A program made the position numbers and the translations under genes. A DNA stretch of 64,000 nt, taken from assembly GCA_017499595.2 (NCBI GenBank), contig CM039003.1, forward strand, positions 3,348,001 to 3,412,000, in the 5' to 3' direction. Origin of the DNA: Psilocybe cubensis (taxonomy: Eukaryota). Positions 22,151 through 33,039 of the stretch are shown here, piece after piece (within the stretch, counting starts at the first letter, position 1; every line of letters starts with the position of its first letter). A model generated the notes under the pieces. That model had not been told where the DNA came from. It saw nothing but the letters and a program-made list of their open reading frames with translations, and made no database searches.

Positions 22151-22692
22151 TGTTGAGCAGCATAATGTGCCCAAAACTACTCTACACAGTCTATGTACGC
22201 AGTGGCTAAGGACTTGACTTAATACTTACCCTTTGGGTCGTGTTACTTGAGTTGTAGCTACTCGAGTGGGTTGTTAAAACCGCTTGTCATTAGAGGGCAC
22301 TAGCGTCGCCCTTATATACACCTAGAGTGCGTTACATGTGACTAGTGACAGTAACTACTGTATAGTACTTAGTCATCTATCTACTTAGTAATCTATTCAC
22401 ATGACTTATCATATGACTCTGAGAGTCACACGGTCGAATGTGAACTTTATTAATAATAGTCGTTCAACACTTTGCAAAGAAAAGATTGTGATCGACTTTG
22501 AGCGCTTGGTGTGCTTTCAAAAAACTAATCTTTCATTTTTGTAGATGTTGCATACTATGGTAAGGCTGAGGGACCTCTCTGCACCTACAGAAGCGTATCA
22601 TTGGCGTTATAAATATTGGTTTGAAATGAGCACCATCTAGTATCAACACACCTTCAAGCTTCAATACCTCCAGAGTCAAAAAAACATCTACA

Positions 22693-22997
22693 ATGGGATC
22701 GTAAGTTCTTCAGTTCGTCATTGATACCATTTATCGTTTCTAATAATCGTGATGCTATCCAGAAAATCCGGCCTCTGCGTCCTAAACTCCCGATGCCCCA
22801 ACAAGATGTACTCCAGCGCCATCGACGGCCCGACACGCCGCGAGAGCATCCGCTCGCACCTTCACCAGTGTCACAATATCGTTTGCAGCCCAGGAGATTC
22901 TACTCTCATTGCATGCATGGCATGCCCGCCAATTCATGGACAACCGACCTTGATCGAGAAGGGGGCTTTTCCAGAACATATCAACCAATGGCATTGA
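22693..22997 (+). CDS. ~80-aa Cys/His zinc-finger-like protein (short paralog, copy A)
   Basis: Exon 1 ATGGGATC (22693-22700), intron GTAAGT..CTAAT..CAG (22701-22762), exon 2 KSGLCVLNSRC..HLHQCH..CMAC..HINQWH. The same structure is kept in the inverted copy. Confidence 0.75.
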
Positions 22998-23435
22998 GGG
23001 ATCCGCTATGATATTTTATTCGACGACGATAAACACATAGTATATAACAGAATTAATGCTTATATTGAACAACACATAGTATTGGAGTTAGGTCATGCCC
23101 GTGAGATAATTAGTAGGCGCTTTGGTTTTGTTTTGTAACACACAAAGGCCCCGTTTAGATTGCCGGGGAATGATTTTTTTCCGAGATTTGCTTTGTGCCA
23201 AAGCGTGCCGGATTATCAGTCGCTTTGACCTCCATCAGAGCCGACGCCTACGTCTTTTCTTGCCAAGTCTACCAAAATAGCTTCAATGCGTGAACGAGTG
23301 GCTCAAAAACGCAGCCCATCCTAATTTGTGCCACTCAACGCATTGACGGAAGGAATATAAATGTACCTTTTCCAAATGGCTAGATAGCAAGAACTTCATC
23401 GACAACTCAAAGATACCAGTCTTGCATCCGACAAA

Positions 23436-24114
23436 ATGAGCTCCTATCAAGGGTGAGTAATATCCGACTCTACGATTATATTTCTATGAGCTAATTAAGA
23501 AATCCCAAAGCATCACTACTCCCTCTGCAAGCCATGAGCTTCCGAAAGAGAGGCACCCCGCATCCTGTGTCCTGAACAAGGCCTGCAAGTACAAGATGTA
23601 CGGATCCGTCTTGTTCATGAAGCCTCTCACAAAGGCACAGTACTACGAATGCAGATATCAAGCTATACTCCGCCACCTTCGGGATTGCCACGGCATCGAT
23701 TGCACACCAGGAAACACAACCCGCATTCAATGCCTCGGGTGTGCCATGTTCGGCAGAGAGACCTGGGTCGAACAGCAGAATCTCGCAAGGCACATCAACC
23801 AAGACCACCAACCACCTCCCTACGCCATTGGATACTGCCCTATTGACGATAACTGTCCTGAGATGGTGTACGGAGAAAACCTCTTCGCACATATCATGTC
23901 TGCAGAGGATATGTATGTCAAGCGCTATGGCTTCTTTGACACCCACACGCAGAATTGTCACGGCATGAATTGCGGAGGAGAACTGCGATACTTTCTCTGT
24001 CCAGACTGCCAGAAAGTGGGAAACCAAGTGAGTATTCGAGAGGACGAATACGCGCAGCACTACAACACCTTCCACCAGCCTCCGCCATTCGCCTTTGACC
24101 CAAAAAGGAGATGA
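23436..24114 (+). CDS. ~206-aa multi Cys/His zinc-finger-like protein (long paralog, copy A)
   Basis: Exon 1 23436-23452 and intron GTGAGT..AAG 23453-23510 splice in frame to the 172-aa ORF. Repeated C-x(2-5)-C...H-x(3-4)-H units. Differences from the inverted copy are mostly synonymous. Confidence 0.8.
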
Positions 24115-25520
24115 ATAATTAGATGGATATGTTTCTGGCTCGTCTACCGGTCTAAATAATATAGAGCAGTTTAATCATGAAGCATTTTAATCCACATTTT
24201 CCGCGGAATCTAACTTCGAAGACATTGTATACACGTTCAAAAATACTAAGTGGGGAAATTTTACATCGCAAAGGAGGAAACCCAGAAACCTAACATTTTA
24301 TATCCTTGGGCAATGGTAAAAAATTATATCGAGTAAAGAATCAGATATAATGGCATCAAGTAAATCTCCTGTCTAGAACAGACATACTGGCCAGTGAGGC
24401 AACTTGTCAGGTCGGCGTCGACGAATGCTACCACAAGATCGCGTGATACGGAGGCGAAAGCAGCAAATTTATGGTCCTCATTGTGATATCCATTTTCAAG
24501 TTGAGGGAGTACTGAATGCCAATGAAGGATTCCGGATTATGAACCGCCATGTATGCAGATTATGAAGGTGTATCTCATGTATAAATGGAATTGTATTCCT
24601 TTTCTGGTTTCTCCATTCCTTCGTATCTGTTGGTCTCCGCAGATGACATGTTGTGCCGAAGCGAGTTACTTTGTTGTTGTAGCATGCAATTTGGATTCAG
24701 AATCGAACCGTAAGTAAAAATTTAGTTGGCTGAATGTACAGTCCCTTTGACATCCATTGAGACATCAACAATGGACTAACTGAATACGAATAATTTGGAC
24801 AACTTGCATCTGTACAATCTCAATCTCCTGAGTTTAGGATGACAAGGCGCCTGCTTCAAATAGGATAACCCGTGATGAAAATGGAGTCTCAGTAGATTTT
24901 CTTCCACATTCGCTAACCATATTAGAAGGAAGAAATTACCCCATTCCTTCCAATAAGCCGATTGTAATATTACGCTGACGTGTCTTATGAGTCCGATTTA
25001 TGGGCTTGAATTCCACGAATATTCCGCTATGTGGTAGCACTGGACGTTCCTACCAAGGATTACTATGTCATTCGGTCATTGAAGTACATTATCAAATCAT
25101 CGTGACTTCGTTCCAATAATCCACAGTATAATCAGCAGCTAGACTGTGAACACACTCCTCTTCTACTCCAAAGTAATGGTATTCAAAGGAAGTGAAATCA
25201 GGGCATAAATTATGTGGCTAGGTAACAATATCAATTATAGTCTGTGGAACCTCGGATTCAAATTGAGATGTTTCCTGTGGCTGAGATCTTTGCGAAAAGT
25301 AGGACAAATGCATTTACGAAAAGAGAGTGCCAACTATCACTCATTCTTCAGACAGGATCAACTAGGGATGCTCAACTTCGGTTCCGAATTGAGGCAAGAA
25401 CCGAGAACGAGAACCGCTCGAACCGGCGAATTAGGTCTTCAGGATTTTGATAAAAGGCAGGGCATATTCATGAGTCTCCCATCACTTCAGCACTCTTTAA
25501 AGTTGCAAATCGATATCACA

Positions 25521-25796
25521 ATGAAGACCTTCACCTCCGCTGTGCTTGCCTTTGTATCATGCGCTTTCATAGTACCATTCGTCGTCGCCGCCCCTGCCGA
25601 CCCCCCTTGTCTCACTAGTCAGTATGTCAAGACTAGACAGGATTTCGTTGACTCAAATAAGCCTTGTTCAACAGAATGCGGGATTAAGTTGCTCGACTGC
25701 ATTGGCAATGGCCGTATGCCTCCATCTTTCTTGGAAAAGGAGTGCGTCGCACCGTATCACTCATGCCGGCACTCCTGCCCTGCGGATCAATCCTAA
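25521..25796 (+). CDS. Small secreted 6-Cys peptide (SSP1, ~72 aa)
   Basis: Signal peptide MKTFTSAVLAFVSCAFIVPFVVA. A 57-nt intron (25618-25674) sits at the same position as in the paralog at 43954. Mature sequence ..CLTKCGIKLLDC-x14-CVAPYHSCRHSC. Confidence 0.8.
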   Translation: MKTFTSAVLAFVSCAFIVPFVVAAPADPPCLTSQYVKTRQDFVDSNKPCSTECGIKLLDCIGNGRMPPSFLEKECVAPYHSCRHSCPADQS

Positions 25797-26097
25797 CCTC
25801 GTCCCAAATTGGGATGATAGTGTACGTCCTCTTCCTCAATGTTATGATATACATGTTTTTGACCAATAGGCTGTTTTCACAGCTGACGGCATTGTGTGCT
25901 GGACGTTCCACGCAGACTTTAAACTTGATACTAATTCTATACATATTATTAATGTTATTATTTCCTCGAAACCATTGCTTATACATATGTCCCTGGTTGA
26001 ATCAGGCTATCCATACTTCGGGTCCTTGTTGCAATTGAAATTTGTATTGTACTTTGATGCAGCAAAACATAAATGGGTTGCTAGACAGGACCAAAAA

Positions 26098-26207
26098 CGA
26101 CGCCAGCAGGATTTGAACCTGCGCCCTCAAAGAGGAACAGATAACAACGAGTTGGTGGACACTAACTCAATTCGAATCTGTCGCCGTAACCACTTGGCTA
26201 TAGCGCC
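26098..26207 (-). tRNA. tRNA-Ser(CGA) with a 28-nt intron
   Basis: GGCGCTA..TGGCGTC acceptor stem, anticodon arm ACAGA-TTCGAA^A-TCTGT, long variable arm, GGTTCAAATCC T-loop, followed by TTTTT. Confidence 0.95.
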
Positions 26208-27127
26208 TTAGGATGACGGTTTAAAAAATTTATAATGTCTTTAGATAGTCAATTTTTCTCCACAAATCAATTTACACGCAAATCATGCCGCACGGACCAG
26301 CAACGAAATTCCTAGACCGACGGCCTCTCACACATCCTCGCAGAGACTACTTTTTCCCCTAGTCAGCTTGCAGAACGGACGTGCAGGTATCCTGTCGCTG
26401 TATCGTTTTTCCTACCTGTTAATTCATTTCAACTCAGCCTCCGAATGTCTCCGTTTGCCGATGTCTTCTCTGTAATGGGACGCTAAGTTACTCGGTCTTG
26501 AATGCATTTGTGACGCAGTGGAGGAATTTGTTGTTGATTACAGCTTTGTATCATGGATGTGTGCATGTGTATGTATCATTCCCTATCATCAGTCGCCCTC
26601 TTCGTCAAGTTGAGTTATCGTCCATGAAACACCCCAGGTTTCACGAAGAGCATTGTGCCCGTGCCGACATTCTCATTCTCAACATCGGTTCCAGGATATA
26701 TAGTATGGTCAAAAAACCGCAGAATCACCTCCATCCAACGTTCATCGCTTGCCGACGCTCGATATGCCGCGGCAATGGCAATGTCGCATTTGTAAGGTTC
26801 TCACTGTGGTCTGCAATGCAGCACGAAAGGTAACCTAATAACGAAGTTATATAAAGAATGGAGTATGTACCAGTAGTACATACCTAATAACGAAGTGGTC
26901 AAAGCTAAAGGATATACTGTATCTACGAAGGAGGATAACAGCGCGGGATCACGTGTGTGGTCATATCATGACACCACACCCCCTCTTGAAGACAGAGAAA
27001 TGAAGAGGAGAAATAGAAAGACAAAAGAAAGCACGAAATATCAAAGAAAGAAAGAAACTAAAAATAGATCGAACGGCCGGCACGCCAAAGAAGAGAGGAA
27101 GAGAAAAAAAAAGAACCACAGGCCACG

Positions 27128-30100
27128 TCAGCCAACTGTCCTAGGACGCCCTCGACGACGTCCTTGCAACACCCCTTCCACAGCCCCTCCCTCTGTGTTC
27201 ACCCGTCGTGAGACTCCCTGTTTGCGCGAAATCTTGACCTTACCCCTCGTAGCTTCCTCCCGACGAAACTTTGCCACCAATCTGCGTGCATTTTGCATGC
27301 CGTACTCTGGAATCCACTCGTTTTCGCTCTCGTCAAACCCAAGCCACTTCACCAAAAACTCCACAACACCACCCCTCGTCCGCCGCTCCCTCAGTATGCG
27401 CTCAATTTCACGCTCTTCGCCGCCGGGCATTAACACAGGCGGCGGCGGCAACTGTCGTCTGCCCAGAATGGTGTCCGTACGAGCTGGGATCAAGCACGAG
27501 ACATGGAAAACATCGTGAATGGCCCAACCAGCAGGCAACTCCAATCGATATGCAGAATCGGAGACTTTCTGTGCAATACGGAAAGGCCCAAAACGACGAA
27601 AATCCAATTTATTGTTAGGGCGCGATGAGCGCAGGTCAGAGCGTTCCAAGAAGACACGATCACCAGGGATGTAGTCGGGTGCCTCATCCACCCAATCATC
27701 GTGAAATTTCTTCATCCTCTCCGCGGTGAGTGTCAGAATTGCCTGCAGCTCGCCCTGCACCCTGTGGATGCGCTCCAGCCTCTCGTCGGCGCGTGGAACT
27801 GATTGCGAATTCACAGGATCCACGGAAAACGATGGGTTATAGCCGTATTCAGCAAAAAATGGGGACATCCCTATTGCTGTATGGTGTCTGTTGTTGTAGG
27901 CAAACTCTGCAAAGGGAAGCCACTGCACCCAGTCGTCCTGGTAGTAGTCGACGTACGCGCGCAGGTAAATTTCCAATTCCTGATTAACCCTCTCTGTCTG
28001 ACCATCGGTTTGTGGGTGATTAGCGGATGACATCGCGCGCTTAATACCCAAACGTTCCCACAAACGTTTTGTGTATTTCGCAATAAATTGTGGCCCCATG
28101 TCCGACACAATCTTCTTGGGAGTCCCATGCAAAGACCATACCCGGTCTATGAAGGTGTCACACATTTCTACTGCACCATCGGTGGTGTGTGCCGGAAGGA
28201 AGTGGGCACGCTTTGTTGACTTGTCACAGACCACCTGAACCGCGTCGTATCCCTGCGATGGTGGCAGCGGCCCAATGTAATCGGTGGAAATGTGCTGCCA
28301 AGGACCTGCAGGCACCTCAAGGGGTTGTAGCTTTCCATAGGGTTTCTGTCGACGGGGCTTGGTGCGTTGGCAAGTATCACATCCATCAACATACCGAGCA
28401 ACAAATTCTGACATCCTTGGCCAATAGTAGTTCCGTGACACCAGCTCCAGCGTGTTTGAGATACCAGGGTGGCCTGCCGGGATCGCATCGTGATACAGCT
28501 GCAAAATCCAACGCTTCAATTCCTCGTCATTGGGCACATACACCAGCCCACGAAACCGCACCACGCCATCATCCACCACAAAGTCCTTCAGCCGACGTTG
28601 AACAAGGCCGGGAGCGTTAGGTAAATCCCACATGAGATCCAACTTGGGGTCCTTACGAGACACTGTACGTATCCTGTCCATAATCTCCTTGTCGGCACGT
28701 ATAACTTGCCCCACCCTAGCCACCACCTTGGACATACCACAACAACGCAGCTCCAGCACCACACCTCGCTTTCCCAACACCGTACCACCACCACCATCAT
28801 TGGAATCCTGCCCCAGCCTCTCTGCTGGCAAGATCTCCATAGCAGCATTGTCACGGGCCATCCCGTGGATGTGGTCAGCACGACGAGACAACTCGTCTGG
28901 ACCTGCACTCAAACGGCCAGGCCGGTGGTGGATCTTGAAGACAAAACGGTTCAAAAAAAGGCTCCACCGCGCCTGTCTGCGATTCAAATCACGAGCTGTC
29001 ATGAAGAACTCCAGGTTGCGATGATCAGAAAATATATCAATACAGAAGGGGTTGCCCTCCAGGTATGGTCGCCAGACTTCAAGAGCACGCACAACAGCTA
29101 ACAACTCCTTGTCGTGAACATCATAGTTGCGCTCTGCGGGTTGCATAGCCTTTGAAAAGTAAGCCACGGGGCGCCAATCACCAGCTGCATCCTTCTGCGA
29201 CAGGATGGCTCCTACAGCAAAATCTGATGCATCCGTCTCAACATGGAATGGCGCCTCCATTTCCGGCAGCATCAATACTGGTGCTTGTATAAATGCTTGC
29301 TTCAACTGTGCAAACGCCGCTTGCTCCACATCACCCCACCTCCAAGCCATGTCTTTCCGCTTCAAATTCTCCAGTGGGCGGGTAATGTTGGCATAGTCTG
29401 CAATAAAGCGGCGATAGAAGTTACAGAAGCCAAGGAAGCGACTAACATGCCGAACATTGCGTGGCACTGGCCAATCCGTTACCCCGCTGACCTTGACTGG
29501 GTCCATGCCAACACAACCAGGTGAGATACGAAATCCCAAATAATCCACTTCTGTCGTGCGGAACTGACACTTCTCTGGTTTCAGAAACAGATCTGCTTTC
29601 CGAAGGCGACGCAAGACTTCCTTAACCTGTTCGTCGTGTTTTGAAGGGTCTTGAGAGAAGATAATAATGTCGTCCAGGTAGAGTACCACATTAATGTCGA
29701 CAAGGTCATGGAATAGATCATTAACCATGCGCTGAAAGGCAGCCGGAGCATTGCGAAGACCAAACTGCATAACCAAAAATTCAAATTGGCCATAACGGGT
29801 CCGGAAAGAAGTCTTCCATTCATCACCTTCCCGTATGCGCACATTGTAGTAACCCCATCGCATGTCTAAGGTAGTGAAAACCTTTGCTGCCTTGAGACGG
29901 TCTAGGAGTTCAGCGGAGAGAGGAATTGGGTATGCATCGGGCCGCGTGATGGCATTGAGTGCACGAAAATCCACCACAAGACGGAGAGATCCGTCCTTCT
30001 TTTTGACAAAGAAAACAGGAGCTCCACACGGGGCCTTGGAGGGCCGTATATAACCCTTCTTGAGGTTGTCATCAATGAATTCCTTCAGTGCCCGAAGCTC

Positions 30101-31390
30101 TGCTGCTGACATCTGGTATAGCTTGCCAACAGGAGGTGGCACATTGCCCTCTAACTCAATCGCCAAATCATGGGGCTTATGGGCCGGAAGCCGTTCGGAC
30201 CGACCCTTATCAAAGACATCCAAAAATTCGTGAAACTCTGCAGGCACTAAATCTTCAACTGAGCCAGTAGCTTTTGCAGGAGTTGCAGCCTCTGCCAGGC
30301 GCTGTGATACTGAATGACTGGCGGCAGCACGAATACCTGGCCCCTGGCATCCACGGTGTGATTCTCCATCCCAGCACTGTTCCAAGGACACACCCTCAAC
30401 CACCCCACCTGCCTCTTCTTGTTGCACTGCATGCTCCAAAGCTTTTGCAATCTCTGCATGTGCAACACGAAGTGCATCTGCCTGTAGGTCACGTGTCATC
30501 TGTGTCCAACTTGCACGCGAACATTTTAAAAGGTGCAGAGATTCCCTCCGAATGCGAAGTCGGCCCGTAGCGCCACATGTGTTGGTTTGGCGGCACTGGC
30601 TATGCGTGTGAGGTGTCTTACGGCCTGGTTTTTGCCGGACTGGATGTAACAGCTTCAACCTCTCCACATCATCAGCCTCAACTTCCAACCCAGTACGTCT
30701 CGCCTCCCGTGCGTGCTGGCGTGCACGGCGGCGTTGCCTTTCTAGCAGTCGCTTACGCAGCCTTCCAGGTGAAGGTGAAGCAGCTGCAGCAGTTATGGCC
30801 TCCGGCAAAGGTAAGCACCTCTGCCTGCAGTATTCCGAAGTAAAATCCAAGGTAGAGCGGTCAAAATCTACCACCGGATTGTGTCGCCGTAGCCAGTTAA
30901 TCCCAAATATAAGGTTGTCATCCCCAATATCAGTAACATCGCATACTAGCAATTCCGAATGTGAGTCGATGAAAACCTTGAGGTGGACTTCATGAGTGAT
31001 AAGACCCGACTTGATTTCAGAGTTGTCAATTGTGCGCAAACGGAGGCTCCTCTTCTTTGGGATTGAAATTAGGCCATGTTGCTCCACAAAACGTGGATTA
31101 ATGAAACAGCAGCTAGCGCCCGAATCTAGCATTGCCCTAGTATCAATAATGGTAGGCACATTGGGTGTCGCGGTTTTGTGTACATGAATAGTAATTGGAA
31201 TTTCAAAGGAAGAAAACTGTGATCGAGGAGAACGAGCATGAATCACAGCTGCACGGCGGGTCCGACAACGACGGCGGCGAGGCACAGTCTGATTTGGACC
31301 AGTCAAAACCAATTTATTTGGAGGCGTAAGTACAGAAAACCTGTTCTGGGTTGCACTTGCAGCGACAAGGCAAGGCAACCCTACACAAAA
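27128..31390 (-). CDS. pol: Gypsy #2 pol: protease, RT, RNase H, integrase, chromodomain (entered by -1 frameshift)
   Basis: Motifs LDSGAS, MQFGLRNAPAAFQ, YLDD, ETDASDFAVG, H..GHPG..CDTC, TDYIG/SDMG/QTDGQTE, GPF, and chromodomain EIERIL..FLVKWLGF..NEW. Confidence 0.96.
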   Translation of the reverse strand, partial: FCVGLPCLVAASATQNRFSVLTPPNKLVLTGPNQTVPRRRRCRTRRAAVIHARSPRSQFSSFEIPITIHVHKTATPNVPTIIDTRAMLDSGASCCFINPRFVEQHGLISIPKKRSLRLRTIDNSEIKSGLITHEVHLKVFIDSHSELLVCDVTDIGDDNLIFGINWLRRHNPVVDFDRSTLDFTSEYCRQRCLPLPEAITAAAASPSPGRLRKRLLERQRRRARQHAREARRTGLEVEADDVERLKLLHPVRQKPGRKTPHTHSQCRQTNTCGATGRLRIRRESLHLLKCSRASWTQMTRDLQADALRVAHAEIAKALEHAVQQEEAGGVVEGVSLEQCWDGESHRGCQGPGIRAAASHSVSQRLAEAATPAKATGSVEDLVPAEFHEFLDVFDKGRSERLPAHKPHDLAIELEGNVPPPVGKLYQMSAAELRALKEFIDDNLKKGYIRPSKAPCGAPVFFVKKKDGSLRLVVDFRALNAITRPDAYPIPLSAELLDRLKAAKVFTTLDMRWGYYNVRIREGDEWKTSFRTRYGQFEFLVMQFGLRNAPAAFQRMVNDLFHDLVDINVVLYLDDIIIFSQDPSKHDEQVKEVLRRLRKADLFLKPEKCQFRTTEVDYLGFRISPGCVGMDPVKVSGVTDWPVPRNVRHVSRFLGFCNFYRRFIADYANITRPLENLKRKDMAWRWGDVEQAAFAQLKQAFIQAPVLMLPEMEAPFHVETDASDFAVGAILSQKDAAGDWRPVAYFSKAMQPAERNYDVHDKELLAVVRALEVWRPYLEGNPFCIDIFSDHRNLEFFMTARDLNRRQARWSLFLNRFVFKIHHRPGRLSAGPDELSRRADHIHGMARDNAAMEILPAERLGQDSNDGGGGTVLGKRGVVLELRCCGMSKVVARVGQVIRADKEIMDRIRTVSRKDPKLDLMWDLPNAPGLVQRRLKDFVVDDGVVRFRGLVYVPNDEELKRWILQLYHDAIPAGHPGISNTLELVSRNYYWPRMSEFVARYVDGCDTCQRTKPRRQKPYGKLQPLEVPAGPWQHISTDYIGPLPPSQGYDAVQVVCDKSTKRAHFLPAHTTDGAVEMCDTFIDRVWSLHGTPKKIVSDMGPQFIAKYTKRLWERLGIKRAMSSANHPQTDGQTERVNQELEIYLRAYVDYYQDDWVQWLPFAEFAYNNRHHTAIGMSPFFAEYGYNPSFSVDPVNSQSVPRADERLERIHRVQGELQAILTLTAERMKKFHDDWVDEAPDYIPGDRVFLERSDLRSSRPNNKLDFRRFGPFRIAQKVSDSAYRLELPAGWAIHDVFHVSCLIPARTDTILGRRQLPPPPVLMPGGEEREIERILRERRTRGGVVEFLVKWLGFDESENEWIPEYGMQNARRLVAKFRREEATRGKVKISRKQGVSRRVNTEGGAVEGVLQGRRRGRPRTVG

Positions 31391-31393
31391 CCC
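31348..31393 (-). promoter_or_regulatory. -1 ribosomal frameshift signal of Gypsy #2
   Basis: Slippery heptamer G GGT TTT (31393-31387) just before the gag TAG, with pol in the -1 frame. Five nt downstream is the hairpin GGGTTGC-CTTGC..GCAAG-T-GCAACCC. Confidence 0.85.
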
Positions 31394-32535
31394 GGCTCGG
31401 GGGCTGCAGGTTCCGCTATGGGTGGCTCGGAGGAAACTGTTCCCAATCCATGTGCTTCAAGCACCTTTGTGACCTCCTCTAAAAGCCCTGCCCGCAGCCG
31501 AGCAACAGTAGATGGACAGTTGGCACGAACATGACCACTCTCTCCACATCGATAGCATTTCCGAGGTAAGTGCCGGGCCGCATCAACATCCATAGCATTA
31601 GGATCACGTGGAGCAGGAGGAAGGGATGCCTGAGCAGGGCGGGGTTGAACAGCATGAGTTCCTGAAGGTAAAGCTGACCGTGCAATAGCAGGTGTAGGCA
31701 CTGCAGGACTGCGGTGTGGGTGAGGAGCGTGACGTCGTAGTTCTGCTGCAATGTCTGCATGTCGTGTTTCGCGACGCAAAAGAATTGCCTGGGCTTCCTC
31801 TGCCCCCTTGAAGTCTGAGTGAGCCAGAAGCTGCTTGGTTTGTAAAGACAAACCAGCCCAGAAACACGCATCCACAAATGTCCCAGTCCTATCTGCTACT
31901 GGCAACCGAGCAACCAACTCGCGGAACTCAGTAATGTACTGGGTATCGGATTTCTGGCCCTGCTTGAAGCCCAAGAGGCGCTGTGTAGCATCGCGTGCCG
32001 AGTCACGAGAGCAGAATGTGGCCTTGAATGCTGCCAGATATGCATCCCAATTTTCACGGAGTTCGGAATTTCCACCCTCTGCGTCGCCGAGTGTAATGAC
32101 TGCCGACCACGAGTATGCCTGCCCAGATAGATAAGACTGCGCCCATAGAATACACTGCGCATCATTGGAAAACTCCTCAAAGTGGCGGTTAACCGATATC
32201 TGCTGAACCCACTCCTCCGCTTTCTGTTTGCTTGTCCCATCAAACACCGTGGCAGGATTAACTTTCGGCATCCGAGAGGGACGAGCACGAGCGGCGCTCA
32301 CGGCATCAAGTCGTTGCTCGGTTGCCGCCAACGCAGCGCGGAGTTCCTGGTTCTGCACCTCTAGACGAGAAAAACCCTCTGCCGCCTCCTCCAGGCCTCG
32401 CTCCAACTCGGACAACCTGGGTGCAAGCAACACCTCCAAGGCCGTATAAACCTCCTGCGCAATAGGATTGGTGATCGTGGGGGGTGGCGGCGGATGCTCG
32501 CCCTCTCCTATCGTAGTGGAATTCCCATCCGGCAT
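31381..32535 (-). CDS. gag: Gypsy #2 gag
   Basis: ATG at 32535 (MPDGNS), coiled coil, FDGT..YLSGQAYSW..KQGQ..YITEF, PNAMDVD, and the knuckle CYRCGESGHVRANC. Confidence 0.92.
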   Translation of the reverse strand: MPDGNSTTIGEGEHPPPPPTITNPIAQEVYTALEVLLAPRLSELERGLEEAAEGFSRLEVQNQELRAALAATEQRLDAVSAARARPSRMPKVNPATVFDGTSKQKAEEWVQQISVNRHFEEFSNDAQCILWAQSYLSGQAYSWSAVITLGDAEGGNSELRENWDAYLAAFKATFCSRDSARDATQRLLGFKQGQKSDTQYITEFRELVARLPVADRTGTFVDACFWAGLSLQTKQLLAHSDFKGAEEAQAILLRRETRHADIAAELRRHAPHPHRSPAVPTPAIARSALPSGTHAVQPRPAQASLPPAPRDPNAMDVDAARHLPRKCYRCGESGHVRANCPSTVARLRAGLLEEVTKVLEAHGLGTVSSEPPIAEPAAPEPGFV

Positions 32536-33039
32536 GCTGGAAAGAAGCCCCAAAGGCGCAAATGCCGAAAAAAAAAATTTCTCCGGAAGGAAACGGGTTG
32601 AACGTATAAGAGCTTTGACCAAGTGTAAGGTTCTCACTGTGGTCTGCAATGCAGCACGAAAGGTAACCTAATAACGAAGTTATATAAAGAATGGAGTATG
32701 TACCAGTAGTACATACCTAATAACGAAGTGGTCAAAGCTAAAGGATATACTGTATCTACGAAGGAGGATAACAGCGCGGGATCACGTGTGTGGTCATATC
32801 ATGACAGCATTGTGTCTGGGCCCCGGACGCGGACGCGATGGTGAGAGACGGTTTCTCATCCGAGAACAAACCAAACCCCATGATGCATGACATCAGATCT
32901 CGCCTACCCACGCTCTCTCAAGAAGGTGCTTATCAACACAAACCTACGCATTCTTCCCATCGACATTCTCTCTCTCTCTCTCTCTCTCTTTTCCTGCAAT
33001 ACCCCACACTAACGAACTCGAAGCCACAAAACCACAAAC

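Larger units (their letters stand above)
16235..22469 (-). mobile_element. Ty1/Copia LTR retrotransposon, apparently intact
   Basis: 319-bp LTRs (16235-16553, 22151-22469) with no mismatch seen by eye. TSD CTTTG at 16230-16234 and 22470-22474. PPT GAGGGGGAG. Primer-binding site (PBS) GGTTATGGGCCC abuts the 5' LTR. Confidence 0.98.
22685..24246. repeat. Arm A of a high-identity inverted duplication (partner ~44454-47115)
   Basis: Continuous reverse-complement similarity, including both Cys/His genes. The partner arm is interrupted by MITEs at 45610-46734. Ends are approximate. Confidence 0.9.
26791..32806 (-). mobile_element. Ty3/Gypsy chromovirus LTR retrotransposon #2, apparently intact
   Basis: 183-bp LTRs (26791-26973, 32624-32806) with no mismatch seen. 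TSD GCATT at 26786-26790 and 32807-32811. PPT AAGAGGGGG. Open gag and pol. Confidence 0.98.

Noticed and set aside
23491-24075. 194-196-aa antisense ORF present in both ZnF copies
   Set aside because: Substitutions are synonymous in the ZnF frame and change residues in the antisense frame, so it is a shadow ORF.
25212-25520. N-terminal extension of the 194-aa ORF
   Set aside because: The signal peptide and paralog comparison place the start at ATG 25521.
5123-32671. Many plus-strand ORFs overlapping the retrotransposon genes
   Set aside because: Antisense shadows of long coding frames with no independent motifs.
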